64,000 nucleotides of DNA from Candidatus Latescibacterota bacterium (GCA_965223905.1 CBDCXV010000009.1:96001-160000), one strand, 5' to 3'. Positions 1 to 10,057 are shown, counted from the first letter of the stretch. Notes: generated from the letters alone by a model not told the origin. A program made the numbers and translations.

Positions 1-1
1 G

Positions 2-460
2 TTCGAGGAGGCACTGGCGCTCGAGGACGGCGGCGACGAATCCGCGGCACGCAGGCTGTACGAGAAGGCGGTTGCCGAAGGGGACTCGGTTCCCGACGCC
101 TATTGCAACCTCGGGGTGATCGAGTCGAAGGCGGGCAGCGTCGAGCAGGCTTTCGACTGCTTCCGCAACGCCCTCAAGCAGGACCAGCAGCACTGGGAAT
201 CCCAATACAACCTCGCCAACCTTTACTTCGACACCGAGGAGTTCCGTCCCGCCCGCGTGCACTACGAGCTGGCCGCGGAGATCGAGCCGGGATTCCGCAA
301 CATCTACTTCAACCTCGGCCTGGTGCTGGCGATCGACGAGGAGTTCGAGCTCGCCATCGACGCCCTTTCCCGCTACCGGAAGCTCGCCCCCGACAGCGAA
401 GCGGGGGCGGCCGAGGATCTCCTCGAACACCTGAGACGCTCCCTGGAACAGCAGGGCTGA
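2..460 (+). CDS. Tetratricopeptide repeat protein (5' end outside window)
   Basis: Frame open from base 2 (FEEALALED...DAYCNLGVIESK); TPR-type motifs YCNLG, YNLANLY, YFNLGLV. Confidence 0.85.
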   Translation, partial: FEEALALEDGGDESAARRLYEKAVAEGDSVPDAYCNLGVIESKAGSVEQAFDCFRNALKQDQQHWESQYNLANLYFDTEEFRPARVHYELAAEIEPGFRNIYFNLGLVLAIDEEFELAIDALSRYRKLAPDSEAGAAEDLLEHLRRSLEQQG

Positions 461-848
461 GGCATCCTCTCAGCCGGTTGGGGCCGGGGCTTCCCCGAGT
501 TGGGGTGGCCTGTGGCAACCCTCGGAACCCCGGCCTTCGAGGAGGTGTGTGCCTCCGGGAAAACCTCGGGGCCGGGGTTCGTGGCCTGCCCTGGCGGCGG
601 CCTTTGGCAAGACCTTGGCGCCCCGGGTTCGAAAGCCGGCCATGGTTGTCGTGGCATGCGACACACTACGGCTCCCCGAGGTCGTCGCCGGCCTTCGAGG
701 CGGCGTTGCCTGCGGAAAACAACGGTTGTCCGGGTTCGGGGCGGCCCTCCATGCGGCCTGGTTTTCGGCAAACCGCCGCGCATGGTTTGGCGGCCCGCCG
801 AAAGATCCGCGCACATTGGACAGGGCCGGCACTCAGCCCTGCACCTCC

Positions 849-1589
849 CTATAGGTCGCGCCTCGTGAGACTGTACTTCTGGCCCGTCGGTCCGCGGGCC
901 GGCTGGGCCGCCAGGAAAAGAGCCAGGGGAACGACGTCCTCCGGTTTCTTGTTCCACTCGATCGCCCCGAACCGCGAGGGACTGTCCGCATCGTCGGGGT
1001 TCATGGCGGTGATCACGGGGCCGGGGATCAGTTCGTTGACGCTGATGTCGTGCTCCCACAGCTCCGCGGCCAGCACCCGGGTCAGCATCGACAGGCCGGC
1101 CTTGGAGCAGCCGTACGCCGAGGCGTCCGCGTAGGCCCGCTGTCCCATTCCGGAACCGATAACGATGATCTTGCCGGATCTGCGCGCCTTCAGATGCGGG
1201 ATGGCGGCGCGGGCGCAGAGGTAGGCGCCGAGCAGGTTGACCTCGAGCACGCGCCACCATTCCTCCGGGTCGCTGCCCTCGACCGGACCGTGGGCGGTGG
1301 TCCCGGCGTTGGCGACGAGGATGTCGATGCCCCCGAACGCCTCCGCGGCGCGGCGCATCAGGTGGTCGACCTCCTGCTCCCGGGTGACGTCCGCGGCCGC
1401 GGCGAGAGCGCGGCCCCCGGATTCGGCGATGGCCGCGGCCGTTTCCTCGACCTGCGCGCGGGTGCGGGCGGCGCAGACCACCGCGGCCCCCGCGGCGGCG
1501 TACCCGACGGCGATGGCCCGGCCGATGCCGCGGCCCGCCCCGGTGACGACCGCCACCTTGCCTTCGAGTGTGCTTCCGACTGCAGTCAT
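849..1589 (-). CDS. Short-chain dehydrogenase/reductase (SDR, FabG-like)
   Basis: TGAGRGIG Rossmann motif, NAG, YGCSK catalytic motif; ATG at 1589 preceded by GGAGG. Confidence 0.92.
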   Translation of the reverse strand: MTAVGSTLEGKVAVVTGAGRGIGRAIAVGYAAAGAAVVCAARTRAQVEETAAAIAESGGRALAAAADVTREQEVDHLMRRAAEAFGGIDILVANAGTTAHGPVEGSDPEEWWRVLEVNLLGAYLCARAAIPHLKARRSGKIIVIGSGMGQRAYADASAYGCSKAGLSMLTRVLAAELWEHDISVNELIPGPVITAMNPDDADSPSRFGAIEWNKKPEDVVPLALFLAAQPARGPTGQKYSLTRRDL

Positions 1590-1933
1590 GATTCCTCCCT
1601 TCTGGCGTTGCGGGTCGGCTGTGCAGGAATTACAGGATCGCCGCAGGCGCGGGCCATGCCCTGAGGCAGCGGTCCGAAATCCAACCGGCTGGAGAAAGGG
1701 AAGCGCGGCCGTCTGCGGGTGTCCCGTCGAGAGCGGCTGCTGACTAATTACCTTGTAAGTTCCGGTGAAATAGCCATTCGGACTGCGGCCGGTCCCTGAG
1801 GCCAGCAGCCAAGGTTGGGCCATCTCCCCGAATCCTCTGATTCGACTCGGGCGCCCTTGTCTTCGGCGGCTCTGGCGGCCTCGCCTCAAAAAGCAACTCC
1901 ATCGACTGACTGTTATCGGAAAGGAAGTCCCGA

Positions 1934-3175
1934 ATGCCTGGCGATTTCGAGAGCAACCTGAAGAAGTACGGCGAGCTGGCGGTGCGGGTCGGGCTCAACC
2001 TGCAGCCGGATCAGCGGCTGATCGTGCGCGCCCCGATACCCGCCGCGGAGCTGGTCCGCGCCGTCGCCGCCTCGGCCTACGACCTCGGCTGCCGCTACGT
2101 CGACGTCCTCTACGGGGACGAGCAGCTCGAGCTGATCCGCTTCGAGCACGCGGCGCGCGACTCGTTCGAGGAGTACCCGGCCTGGCAGGTCCAGGGGCTG
2201 GCCGGGCGCGCAAAGGAAGGGGACGCCTTCCTCCGCGTATCGGGCGACGACCCCGACCTGCTGAAAGGCCAGGACCCGGAGTTGATCTCGCTGACCCGCA
2301 GGATCGCCTCGGAGCAGTCGCGGCCCCTTCTCGACTACATCACCCGGATGGCCGTCAACTGGTGCGTGATCTCCGCGGCCGTGCCCCCGTGGGCGGCGCG
2401 CGTCTTTCCCGAGGCGCCCGCGGCCGACCGGGTCGGACTGCTGTGGGATGCGATCTTCCGCATGTGCCGCATCGACGCCGGCGATCCCGCGGCCGCCTGG
2501 AAGGAGCATATCGATCGGCTCGAAAGGCGGCGCGAGCTGCTGACGGAGAGGCCCTACTCCTTCCTGCATTACCGCGCTCCCGGCACCGACCTGACCGTCG
2601 GGCTGCCGCAAGGGCACGTCTGGCGCGGCGCCATCGACCGCAGCGCCGCCGGGACCCTCTTCGTTCCCAACCTCCCGACCGAGGAGGTGTTCACCATGCC
2701 CCATTGCCGCCGCACCGAGGGCAGGGTGCGCTCGACCAAGCCGCTGAACTACGGGGGCTCCCTGATCGAGGATTTCTCCGTCACCTTCGCGGAGGGCCGC
2801 ATCGTCGAGGTGGCCGCGGCGCAGGGAGAGGATATCCTGCGCAACCTGGTCGAGACCGACGACGGCGCCGCGAGGCTGGGGGAGATCGCCCTGGTTCCCA
2901 ACAGCTCGCCGGTCTCGCAGTTCGGGCGGCTGTTCTACAACACCCTGTTCGACGAGAACGCCTCGAGCCACGTCGCCCTCGGGCAGGCGTACAACGTCTG
3001 CCTGGAGAACGGCGCCGCCATGGCGGAGGAGGAGTTCTCCGCCGCGGGCGGGAACCGCAGCGTCGTGCACGTCGACTTCATGATCGGCTCTGGGGAGATG
3101 GAAATAGACGGGGTGCTTTCCGACGGCACCCGGGAGGCGGTGATGCGGGGCGGCGAGTGGGCGGTGGAGGTGTAG
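1934..3175 (+). CDS. Aminopeptidase, M29 family (AmpS/aminopeptidase T)
   Basis: PNLPTEEVFT, LGEIALV, FYNTLFDENASSHVALG, NRSVVHVDFMIGS motifs. Confidence 0.93.
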   Translation: MPGDFESNLKKYGELAVRVGLNLQPDQRLIVRAPIPAAELVRAVAASAYDLGCRYVDVLYGDEQLELIRFEHAARDSFEEYPAWQVQGLAGRAKEGDAFLRVSGDDPDLLKGQDPELISLTRRIASEQSRPLLDYITRMAVNWCVISAAVPPWAARVFPEAPAADRVGLLWDAIFRMCRIDAGDPAAAWKEHIDRLERRRELLTERPYSFLHYRAPGTDLTVGLPQGHVWRGAIDRSAAGTLFVPNLPTEEVFTMPHCRRTEGRVRSTKPLNYGGSLIEDFSVTFAEGRIVEVAAAQGEDILRNLVETDDGAARLGEIALVPNSSPVSQFGRLFYNTLFDENASSHVALGQAYNVCLENGAAMAEEEFSAAGGNRSVVHVDFMIGSGEMEIDGVLSDGTREAVMRGGEWAVEV

Positions 3176-3272
3176 GGCAGGTCCTGATGGCCCGTGCCGC
3201 CGCTGGAGCCGCCCGGGAGTTCGGAAACCGGGAACGGCTGCTTCAGAGGCCGGGGCGTCCGGAGGCACCGGG

Positions 3273-4343
3273 TCAGTCGTAGTTGTCGGGCAGGCCCAGC
3301 TCAGCGAGCAGGCGCGCCAGCTCGGCGCTGGTCTCCGGGTCGAGGGGAATCCCCTCGCGCTCGCGCTTCCGGCGCTTGCGGTGGGAACGCTCTCCCGGCA
3401 CGAGGATCTCGTCGACCCCCGGCGCCTTGCGCGAGGCCTTGAGCCCGGCCACCAGCTGCTCGACGGCCCCTTCGAAAACGGCGCGGGACACGAAGTGGTC
3501 GGGGTCGACCACGAGCGCGAACACCCCGTTTACGTTGTGGTCCTCCTGCGGCTGCAGGCCGGTGCTGGCTCCGGCGCCGCTGAGCACGCCGGCGAGCACG
3601 TCGACCAGCATGTTGAGGGCGAACCCCTTGTGGGCGGCGGCCGGCCCCCCGACCGGCAGCAGCGCCCCCTTGCTTCCGTCTATCGAGAAGTCGGCCGGGT
3701 CGCGGGTCGGCTCGCCGCTGGCGTCGATGAGCCAGCCCTCGGGAGTGGGCTCGCCGGAGCGCGCCGCCATCTTGACCTTGCCGGCCGCGGCGACGCTCGT
3801 GGAGAAATCCATGACGATCGGATTCCCCGGCTGCCACGGGATGCCGGCGGCGACCGGGTTGGTGCTCAAGAACGGAGCCGACCCCCCGAGAGGGGCCACC
3901 GCGGGATTGCCGCCGGCGTCGTTGACCATCATCAGGGCGACCATTCCCTGCCGCGCCGGTTCGCCGACGTAGCTGCCGAGACGGGCGACGTCGGTGCAGT
4001 TGAGGATCGTCACGCAGCCGCACCCGGAGGCACGCGCCTTCTCCGCGGCGATCTCGAACGCCCTGACGCAGGCCAGCGGGCCGAGGGCGAAGCCGGCGTC
4101 GAGATGGGCCGAACCCGCGGACTCGCGCAGCAGCTTCAGCTCTCCCTGCGGCCGGGTCCGGCCCTGCCGCAGGTCGCCGACGTACATCGCGACCCGCACC
4201 ACCCCGTGGGAGTCGTAGCCCGACAGGCTCGCCTCGCACAGGATGCCGGCCACTGTGGCCGCGTCCTCCGGCGGCACCCCCAGGCGTCCGAAGACGTCGA
4301 GCATCAGCTGGCGCAGGGAGGTGCTGGAGATGGTGTGGTTCAT
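3273..4343 (-). CDS. Ldh_2 family oxidoreductase (malate/L-lactate/sulfolactate dehydrogenase-like)
   Basis: GYDSHGV, STNPVAAG, DFSTS, HKGFAL, ILVPGE motifs. Confidence 0.9.
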   Translation of the reverse strand: MNHTISSTSLRQLMLDVFGRLGVPPEDAATVAGILCEASLSGYDSHGVVRVAMYVGDLRQGRTRPQGELKLLRESAGSAHLDAGFALGPLACVRAFEIAAEKARASGCGCVTILNCTDVARLGSYVGEPARQGMVALMMVNDAGGNPAVAPLGGSAPFLSTNPVAAGIPWQPGNPIVMDFSTSVAAAGKVKMAARSGEPTPEGWLIDASGEPTRDPADFSIDGSKGALLPVGGPAAAHKGFALNMLVDVLAGVLSGAGASTGLQPQEDHNVNGVFALVVDPDHFVSRAVFEGAVEQLVAGLKASRKAPGVDEILVPGERSHRKRRKREREGIPLDPETSAELARLLAELGLPDNYD

Positions 4344-4658
4344 GGGAGGGGTCCTTGTATGGCGGTTTTCTGGAAGTTGGGTTCGCCTGTGGCAAAGGGC
4401 GCAGCCACCTGGTTTTCAGCCTTTCGCGTCCGCGGTACTGAATTGGGCCGCCTCGACGGGGTCGCCGGGACCGGCTGTTCGTCTGCGATCAGTATATTTC
4501 TATCCTGGACAAAGGAACCGAGGCGGCGCGATGCCGGCATTGTCGCAATAAAGGGATTGTAAGCCTTCATTACCGGTACGATGCCGTTGGCCGTGCGCCA
4601 TACAGGTTGAACGCGCGTTGAGAGACGTAGACAACTTCGACGCGACGGAGGTGTACTC

Positions 4659-6125
4659 ATGACAACCGATACAGGCCAGGACTACCTCCTCGGCTTGGTA
4701 AGTGAGCTGTGCAACCTGCCACATGAGACCGAATGGGTCGAATTCAAAGTCAATCACCGCCATCCGCAAACCGTCGGTGAGTACATCTCGGCGCTTTCCA
4801 ACGCCGCCACCCTGCACGACAAGGTTCACGCATACATCCTGTGGGGTATAGAGAACGGGACGCACATCATTGTCGGCACGGAATTCTCACCCGCGCTCTC
4901 GAAGAAGGGTAACGAACCGCTCGAGACTTGGCTGCTCCGGCTTATGAATCCGCGTATCGACTTCCGTTTTCACGAAGTCATGATTGATGGAAATCGGGTT
5001 GTCATTTTGGAGATTGACCGTGCGTCCCAACGCCCGGTCGCGTTCGGCGGCGTCGAATTTATCCGGGTAGGCAGCAGCAAGAGAAAACTCAAGGACTATC
5101 CTGAGAAGGAACGGGCCCTTTGGCGTGTTTTCGACCGGGTGAGCTTCGAAGACAGTATCGCCGCCGAACGCGAGAGTGACGAGGGTATTCTGTTGAAGCT
5201 CGACTACCCGGCGTACTTCGACTTGCTTGAAATGCCGCTCCCTGACGGTCGTGACGCCATCCTCCAGGCATTGCAGAGCGACCGGCTCATTTCTCCCGGC
5301 GAAGCAGGCGGATTCGACATCACGAATCTGGGCGCCATCCTGTTCGCCAGGAACCTCGGCGACTTCCCGCATTTGAAGCGCAAGGCCGGAAGGGTCGTCC
5401 AGTACCGAGGCAAGGGTCGGACAGAGACGTTCAAAGAACGAGAAGGCCGCATGGGGTATGCCTGCGGCTTTGAAGGTCTGGTCGGCTACATTGATGGACT
5501 CCTGCCGGCAAACGAGATGATCGAGAAGGCCTTGCGAAAAACCGTGCCGATGTTCCCCGACCTGGCCATCCGCGAACTCGTTGGAAACGCGCTTATCCAT
5601 CAGGACTTCTCCGTCACCGGTGCGGGACCGATGATCGAGATCTTCGACGACCGCATCGAGATCACGAACCCGGGTGAACCGCTCGTGGATACCCAACGCT
5701 TCCTGGACACACCGCCCAGATCTCGAAACGAGAGGCTGGCCTCACTGATGCGTCGGGTTCGCATCTGTGAGGAACGGGGCAGCGGGATCGACAAGGTTGT
5801 CTCACAGGTCGAGTTGCTCCATTTGCCGGCTCCGCTCTTCGAGGTTCCGCCCGGGTTTACCCGTGCGGTTCTGTTTGCCTACAAGGATTTGGCCGCCATG
5901 AATGAAGCGGAGCGCCTGCGGGCCTGTTACCTGCACGCCTGCCTGAAGTATGTAATGCGGGATTTTCTGACCAACGCATCACTTAGGAAGAGGTTCGGCA
6001 TCAGGCAGAACAACAAGGCGGTCGCCTCTCGCCGCATTCGTGAAGCCGTGGACGCCGGCATGATCAAGCCGTTTGACGAGAATGCCGGCCGGAAATTCAT
6101 GAAATACGTCCCATTCTGGGCCTGA
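4659..6125 (+). CDS. Schlafen/AlbA_2 domain + HATPase_c_4 (RecG C-terminal-like) protein
   Basis: ETEWVEFK...YISALSN...ILWGI (AlbA_2); RELVGNALIHQDF, DRIEITNPG, ICEERGSGIDK (HATPase_c_4); lower GC than flanks. Confidence 0.88.
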   Translation: MTTDTGQDYLLGLVSELCNLPHETEWVEFKVNHRHPQTVGEYISALSNAATLHDKVHAYILWGIENGTHIIVGTEFSPALSKKGNEPLETWLLRLMNPRIDFRFHEVMIDGNRVVILEIDRASQRPVAFGGVEFIRVGSSKRKLKDYPEKERALWRVFDRVSFEDSIAAERESDEGILLKLDYPAYFDLLEMPLPDGRDAILQALQSDRLISPGEAGGFDITNLGAILFARNLGDFPHLKRKAGRVVQYRGKGRTETFKEREGRMGYACGFEGLVGYIDGLLPANEMIEKALRKTVPMFPDLAIRELVGNALIHQDFSVTGAGPMIEIFDDRIEITNPGEPLVDTQRFLDTPPRSRNERLASLMRRVRICEERGSGIDKVVSQVELLHLPAPLFEVPPGFTRAVLFAYKDLAAMNEAERLRACYLHACLKYVMRDFLTNASLRKRFGIRQNNKAVASRRIREAVDAGMIKPFDENAGRKFMKYVPFWA

Positions 6126-6504
6126 CCTCCGGGCCGGAGAACGCCATCGCAGATGTCGTCAAAAACGTGACGCGCAATCGGCGTTCAGAGTCTCCTGTCA
6201 ATTGACAGGTAATTGATCGAGAAATCCCGTACAGCCCTTGGAATTCCGTAAGTAACTGATTTTTCGGTAGTTGCTAAATTGACGGGCAATTGACTGGAAG
6301 CGCATCGCGATCACCGGCCCCAGCGAAGAGGGACTCGAAACCCTCTTCTGTACGGCGCTCACCGGCGATTCTTGCTAACCGCACCCCGTGGTCCGCGAGC
6401 GGCCATCACCCGCCTGCGGTGCCGGCTGGGTCTGCCGCGGCCATTTTTTCAGCGACCGCCGGCAACAGGAATCGCCGGCTTCCTCAGTCAGGAAGACGCC
6501 GCTC

Positions 6505-7962
6505 CTACCCGAACAGCTTGAGCGACAGGCCCCAGCCGCTGACGCAGGCGAAAATGAAGAGGACCACAGCCGAAAGCAGGGCGCCGATCAGCACCGCGGG
6601 GCGGGTCCGGTAGCGGGGCGGAAGCATGAAGTTCAGGTAGATGGCGGCCGGCATCAGCAGCGCGATCGCCAGGTTGGCGAGGATGAAGCCGGCTATCTGG
6701 ATGAGGGTGTCGAAAGGGATGTCGAGCCAGATGATGGTGGTGGCGACTGCGAACATGTACAGGCAGATGTACCGTTTCAGGCTGTCGAAGTTCCACGTCC
6801 GGTCCGGCCACACGGCAGAGGTGAACCCCTGAACTACGCGGGCGTACATCTCGGGGAGCGCCTGCAGCGTTCCCCACAGGGCGGCGATGATGCACACGTA
6901 GTAGATCCACACCAGCGTCGGGTGAATGTTGGCCCACACGTGCGCCTGGTTGGTCAGCAGGCTCCAGCCCTCGAAGCGGGTCTGCAGCGGCATCAGCACC
7001 ACGGCGCCGGAGATCAGGAAAGCGGCGCTGACCAGGAACAGAACAATCGCCCCGAGGCAGACGTCCCAGCGCAACGGCGACACCAGTTGCCGCAGGCGGC
7101 TCACCTGCTCGTCGTCTTCCGGGAGGTAGTCTATCGTCTTGCTGGCGGACGCGTGCTCGCGGATGCGGTCGATGTCGTCGTGTCCGGTCAGGCCCCAGCG
7201 GTGCAGGCCGACCCAGTTGGAATAGGCGAGGTAGGTGAAGACGCCGCCGCCGACGTAGCCGAAGGCGGTGGCCAGGGTGAGCAGCGGGTGCTTGATGGCG
7301 TCGGCCGGGGCCCAGGCGGGAGGATCCGGCAGTCCGTATATGCCGAAGGTGCCGAGGAGGGCGCCGACGAAATCGGGCCGCACCATCAGGGTGCCGATCA
7401 TCGTTCCGATGACGAGAATGCCGCAGATCGCCAGCTGCTGCTTCTCGAGGCGCTCGAAGGAAAGCCGGATGCCGAACAGCATCGCCACGGCGATGAAGAA
7501 GGTGGAGATGCCGTTTTCCCAGAACTTCTCGGCGGCGTCGACGCCGCCGGCCGAGGCGATGAACAGGTGGTGGACGAGGTCGCCGCACGGTTTGGAGATC
7601 GCCACCCAGGCCAGCGGCGCCACCGACAGCTCGAGGACGATCAGCGTTATCAGCAGCCAGCCGCGCGGACCGGGCAGGTGGACGAGGCGGTGGCCGATGT
7701 ACTCGCCGCTGATCGCCGTGTAGCGGCCGAGGAGATAGGTGACGAAGATGCTTTTCGCCAGCACGCTGAGCAGGATCAGCCACAACAGGTCGTACCCGGA
7801 CCAGGCGCCGAGGCGCACCACGACGATGGTCTCTCCGGCGCCGATGCTCACCGAGGCGACTATCGCCGCCGGACCGAACGCGGACATCATGGCGAGGAAC
7901 CGCCGGAGCGACCAGGGCTCGGCGTACACTCCTTTGAGAGGCGGTACGGTTACTTTATCCAT
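6505..7962 (-). CDS. Nramp-like (APC superfamily) transporter
   Basis: GPAAIVASVSIGAGE N-terminal motif, GYDLLW, about 11 hydrophobic segments; lacks canonical DPGN. Confidence 0.8.
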   Translation of the reverse strand: MDKVTVPPLKGVYAEPWSLRRFLAMMSAFGPAAIVASVSIGAGETIVVVRLGAWSGYDLLWLILLSVLAKSIFVTYLLGRYTAISGEYIGHRLVHLPGPRGWLLITLIVLELSVAPLAWVAISKPCGDLVHHLFIASAGGVDAAEKFWENGISTFFIAVAMLFGIRLSFERLEKQQLAICGILVIGTMIGTLMVRPDFVGALLGTFGIYGLPDPPAWAPADAIKHPLLTLATAFGYVGGGVFTYLAYSNWVGLHRWGLTGHDDIDRIREHASASKTIDYLPEDDEQVSRLRQLVSPLRWDVCLGAIVLFLVSAAFLISGAVVLMPLQTRFEGWSLLTNQAHVWANIHPTLVWIYYVCIIAALWGTLQALPEMYARVVQGFTSAVWPDRTWNFDSLKRYICLYMFAVATTIIWLDIPFDTLIQIAGFILANLAIALLMPAAIYLNFMLPPRYRTRPAVLIGALLSAVVLFIFACVSGWGLSLKLFG

Positions 7963-8242
7963 TTTGCTGAGGATTCTGCGGATTCAGGGCGGAAGGACAG
8001 GGCCGTGAGGGGCAGAATATGGCCGCCCTCCGGCGCGGCATCAACTCGGGGTGGTGGGTCCGGTCGCTTGACACCGGGCTGCCTCGGCGCTACCCCTATC
8101 TGCCCGCAGCCGGGCAAACTTCCCTTTCGTCCACCGGGTTCGTCCGGCCGCGGCCCGATTCGCCCGCCTCGCCTGCGGGCGCCTTTTGACCCAGGCTGCT
8201 GCCGATCTGCAGAAGAGCATTCCGCGAGCGAGACCCGTGCCA

Positions 8243-8857
8243 ATGAACGGCAGGCAGCACTCCTGTTTTCTCGACCGGCCCTCAGAACGTTATCGCAACA
8301 GCTTCCTGGCCGGCGCCGCGGAGTTCGTTCGCGAAGGCAGGCTGGACTCGACGTACGCGGCGCTTCTCGGCTACGACCTGCGCAAGCTCGAAAGGCGTTT
8401 CTCCGCCTTCGTGTGGGACCTGCGCAAGCTCGACGAGAAACGTCCCGGCAGCTATTCCGGCTACCAGGACCGCGTTTTCTGGCTGATCGACCGGGATGAG
8501 TACGTGGGCCAGCTGTCGGTGCGCCCGGAGCTGGGCACCCCCTACCTGGTGACCTACGGGGGACACGTGGGCTACAGCATTCGCCCGGGACTTCGCCGCC
8601 GCGGGTACGGGCAGACCATCCTCTCCCTGGCTTTGAGGGAATGCAGCGCCATGGGACTGGCGCGCCTGCTGGTTACCTGCGATTCGGACAACCTTGCCTC
8701 GAAGAAGATCATCGAGCGCAACGGCGGCGAGTTCGAGAGCGCCATGAAAATGGACCGCCGGGCACTCGAAGCGGAAGGCCGCAGGCGCGGCGAGTTTGTG
8801 CGCAAGCTGCGCTACTGGATCGATCTCGGTGCCGTGGCGGAAGGAGCCGCCCGGTGA
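8243..8857 (+). CDS. GNAT family N-acetyltransferase (COG3981-like)
   Basis: GGHVGYSIRPGLRRRGYG and VTCDSDNLASKKIIERNGG motifs; start ATG 8243 (TTG 8186 is an alternative). Confidence 0.88.
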   Translation: MNGRQHSCFLDRPSERYRNSFLAGAAEFVREGRLDSTYAALLGYDLRKLERRFSAFVWDLRKLDEKRPGSYSGYQDRVFWLIDRDEYVGQLSVRPELGTPYLVTYGGHVGYSIRPGLRRRGYGQTILSLALRECSAMGLARLLVTCDSDNLASKKIIERNGGEFESAMKMDRRALEAEGRRRGEFVRKLRYWIDLGAVAEGAAR

Positions 8858-10050
8858 GTGAGCGCGTCGCACCCGACTACGGCGGCGGCAGCATAGTCAA
8901 CCTGGCGGCGTCGCTGGTGGCCGCTTTCGGAGTCGAGCCTCCGGCCCCCTGTTGCCGGGACGGCCTGCTTCCCTCGGAACCGCTGGCCGCCGGGGGGGAC
9001 GTCGCCCTGGTGGTGTGCGACGCCGCCGGCCTGCACCAGCTGCAGCGGGCAATGGAGGCGGGGCGCACCCCGAATCTCTGTCGCCTTGCCGAGGCCGCGC
9101 CCGGAGGTCTGGGGCAGCTCACCTCGGTTTTTCCCTCGACGACGACGGCCGCCCTGACCTCGCTCAGCAACGCGCGGGCTCCCTGCGATCACGGGATGCT
9201 CGGCCACCGGCTCTGGCTCGAGGAGTTGGGAAGCCTGTGCAACATGCTGCGGTTCACCACCGGCTCGCAGCCGCCGGAGGCGTTCGACGAAGAGGTGGTT
9301 CGCGCCGTGCCGACGGTCTACGAACTGCTCGCCGCCGCGGGCGTCTCTTCGAACCTCATCAGCTCGGCCGACTACGAAGGAACGGCGTTCACCGCGCTCC
9401 TGAGCCGGGGCGCCGCCTACCTGGGATACCGCGCGCAGTCCGAGCTCCCGCACCTGCTGGAAAGCTGCCTGAAGGAGAGCGTCGGCCGCAGCTTTCACTT
9501 CCTCTACTGGCCGATGATCGACACCCTCTCCCACCAGTACGGCCCGGTTTCGACGAGGGAGGAATCGCGCGCCTGTCTGCTGGAGTTCGAATTCATCGAC
9601 CTGATGGTCGGCCACGTCGCCGAGGTCTGCCGAGGCCACGGCTGCTCGCTGGTAATCACCGCCGATCACGGCCAGGTGCTGCTCGACCCGGAGAAGGCCC
9701 TGCTTCTGGAAGGGCCCGCGGCCGAGGCGCTGCGCTACCCCCCGGGCGGCGGCCGCAGGGCCTGGTACCTCGCCGCGGACGACTTGGAGGAGCTGGTGGG
9801 AAGCGACTACCTCGCGCACCCGGACGTCGACTGGGTGTACAGCGACGAGGCAGTCGCCCGCGGCTGGTTCGGGGGAGACTGCGGCAGGTTCCGTTCCCGC
9901 CTCGGAGACGTCGTCTCGCTTCCGGGGGACGCCATCCAGTTGGTCTACGACTACGGGTCGGGAATTCACACCCAGCGCGGCTCTCACGGGGGGATGACGG
10001 CCGAGGAGATGCTGGTGCCGCTGCTCGCGGTGCCGGCCGCCGCCTGGTGA
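8854..10050 (+). CDS. Alkaline phosphatase superfamily / nucleotide pyrophosphatase-phosphodiesterase
   Basis: PDYGGGSIVNL, CDAAG, SVFPSTT (Thr nucleophile), DTLSH, TADHG, GSHGG; GTG start overlaps the upstream TGA. Confidence 0.88.
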   Translation: MSERVAPDYGGGSIVNLAASLVAAFGVEPPAPCCRDGLLPSEPLAAGGDVALVVCDAAGLHQLQRAMEAGRTPNLCRLAEAAPGGLGQLTSVFPSTTTAALTSLSNARAPCDHGMLGHRLWLEELGSLCNMLRFTTGSQPPEAFDEEVVRAVPTVYELLAAAGVSSNLISSADYEGTAFTALLSRGAAYLGYRAQSELPHLLESCLKESVGRSFHFLYWPMIDTLSHQYGPVSTREESRACLLEFEFIDLMVGHVAEVCRGHGCSLVITADHGQVLLDPEKALLLEGPAAEALRYPPGGGRRAWYLAADDLEELVGSDYLAHPDVDWVYSDEAVARGWFGGDCGRFRSRLGDVVSLPGDAIQLVYDYGSGIHTQRGSHGGMTAEEMLVPLLAVPAAAW

Positions 10051-10057
10051 TCCTCCC

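Noticed and set aside
1693-1705. AGAAAGGGAAGCG shared with about 28754-28766
   Set aside because: Short purine-rich match with no flanking similarity
7963-8242. Metal-sensing riboswitch upstream of the Nramp-like gene
   Set aside because: No yybP-ykoY or NiCo consensus recognisable by eye
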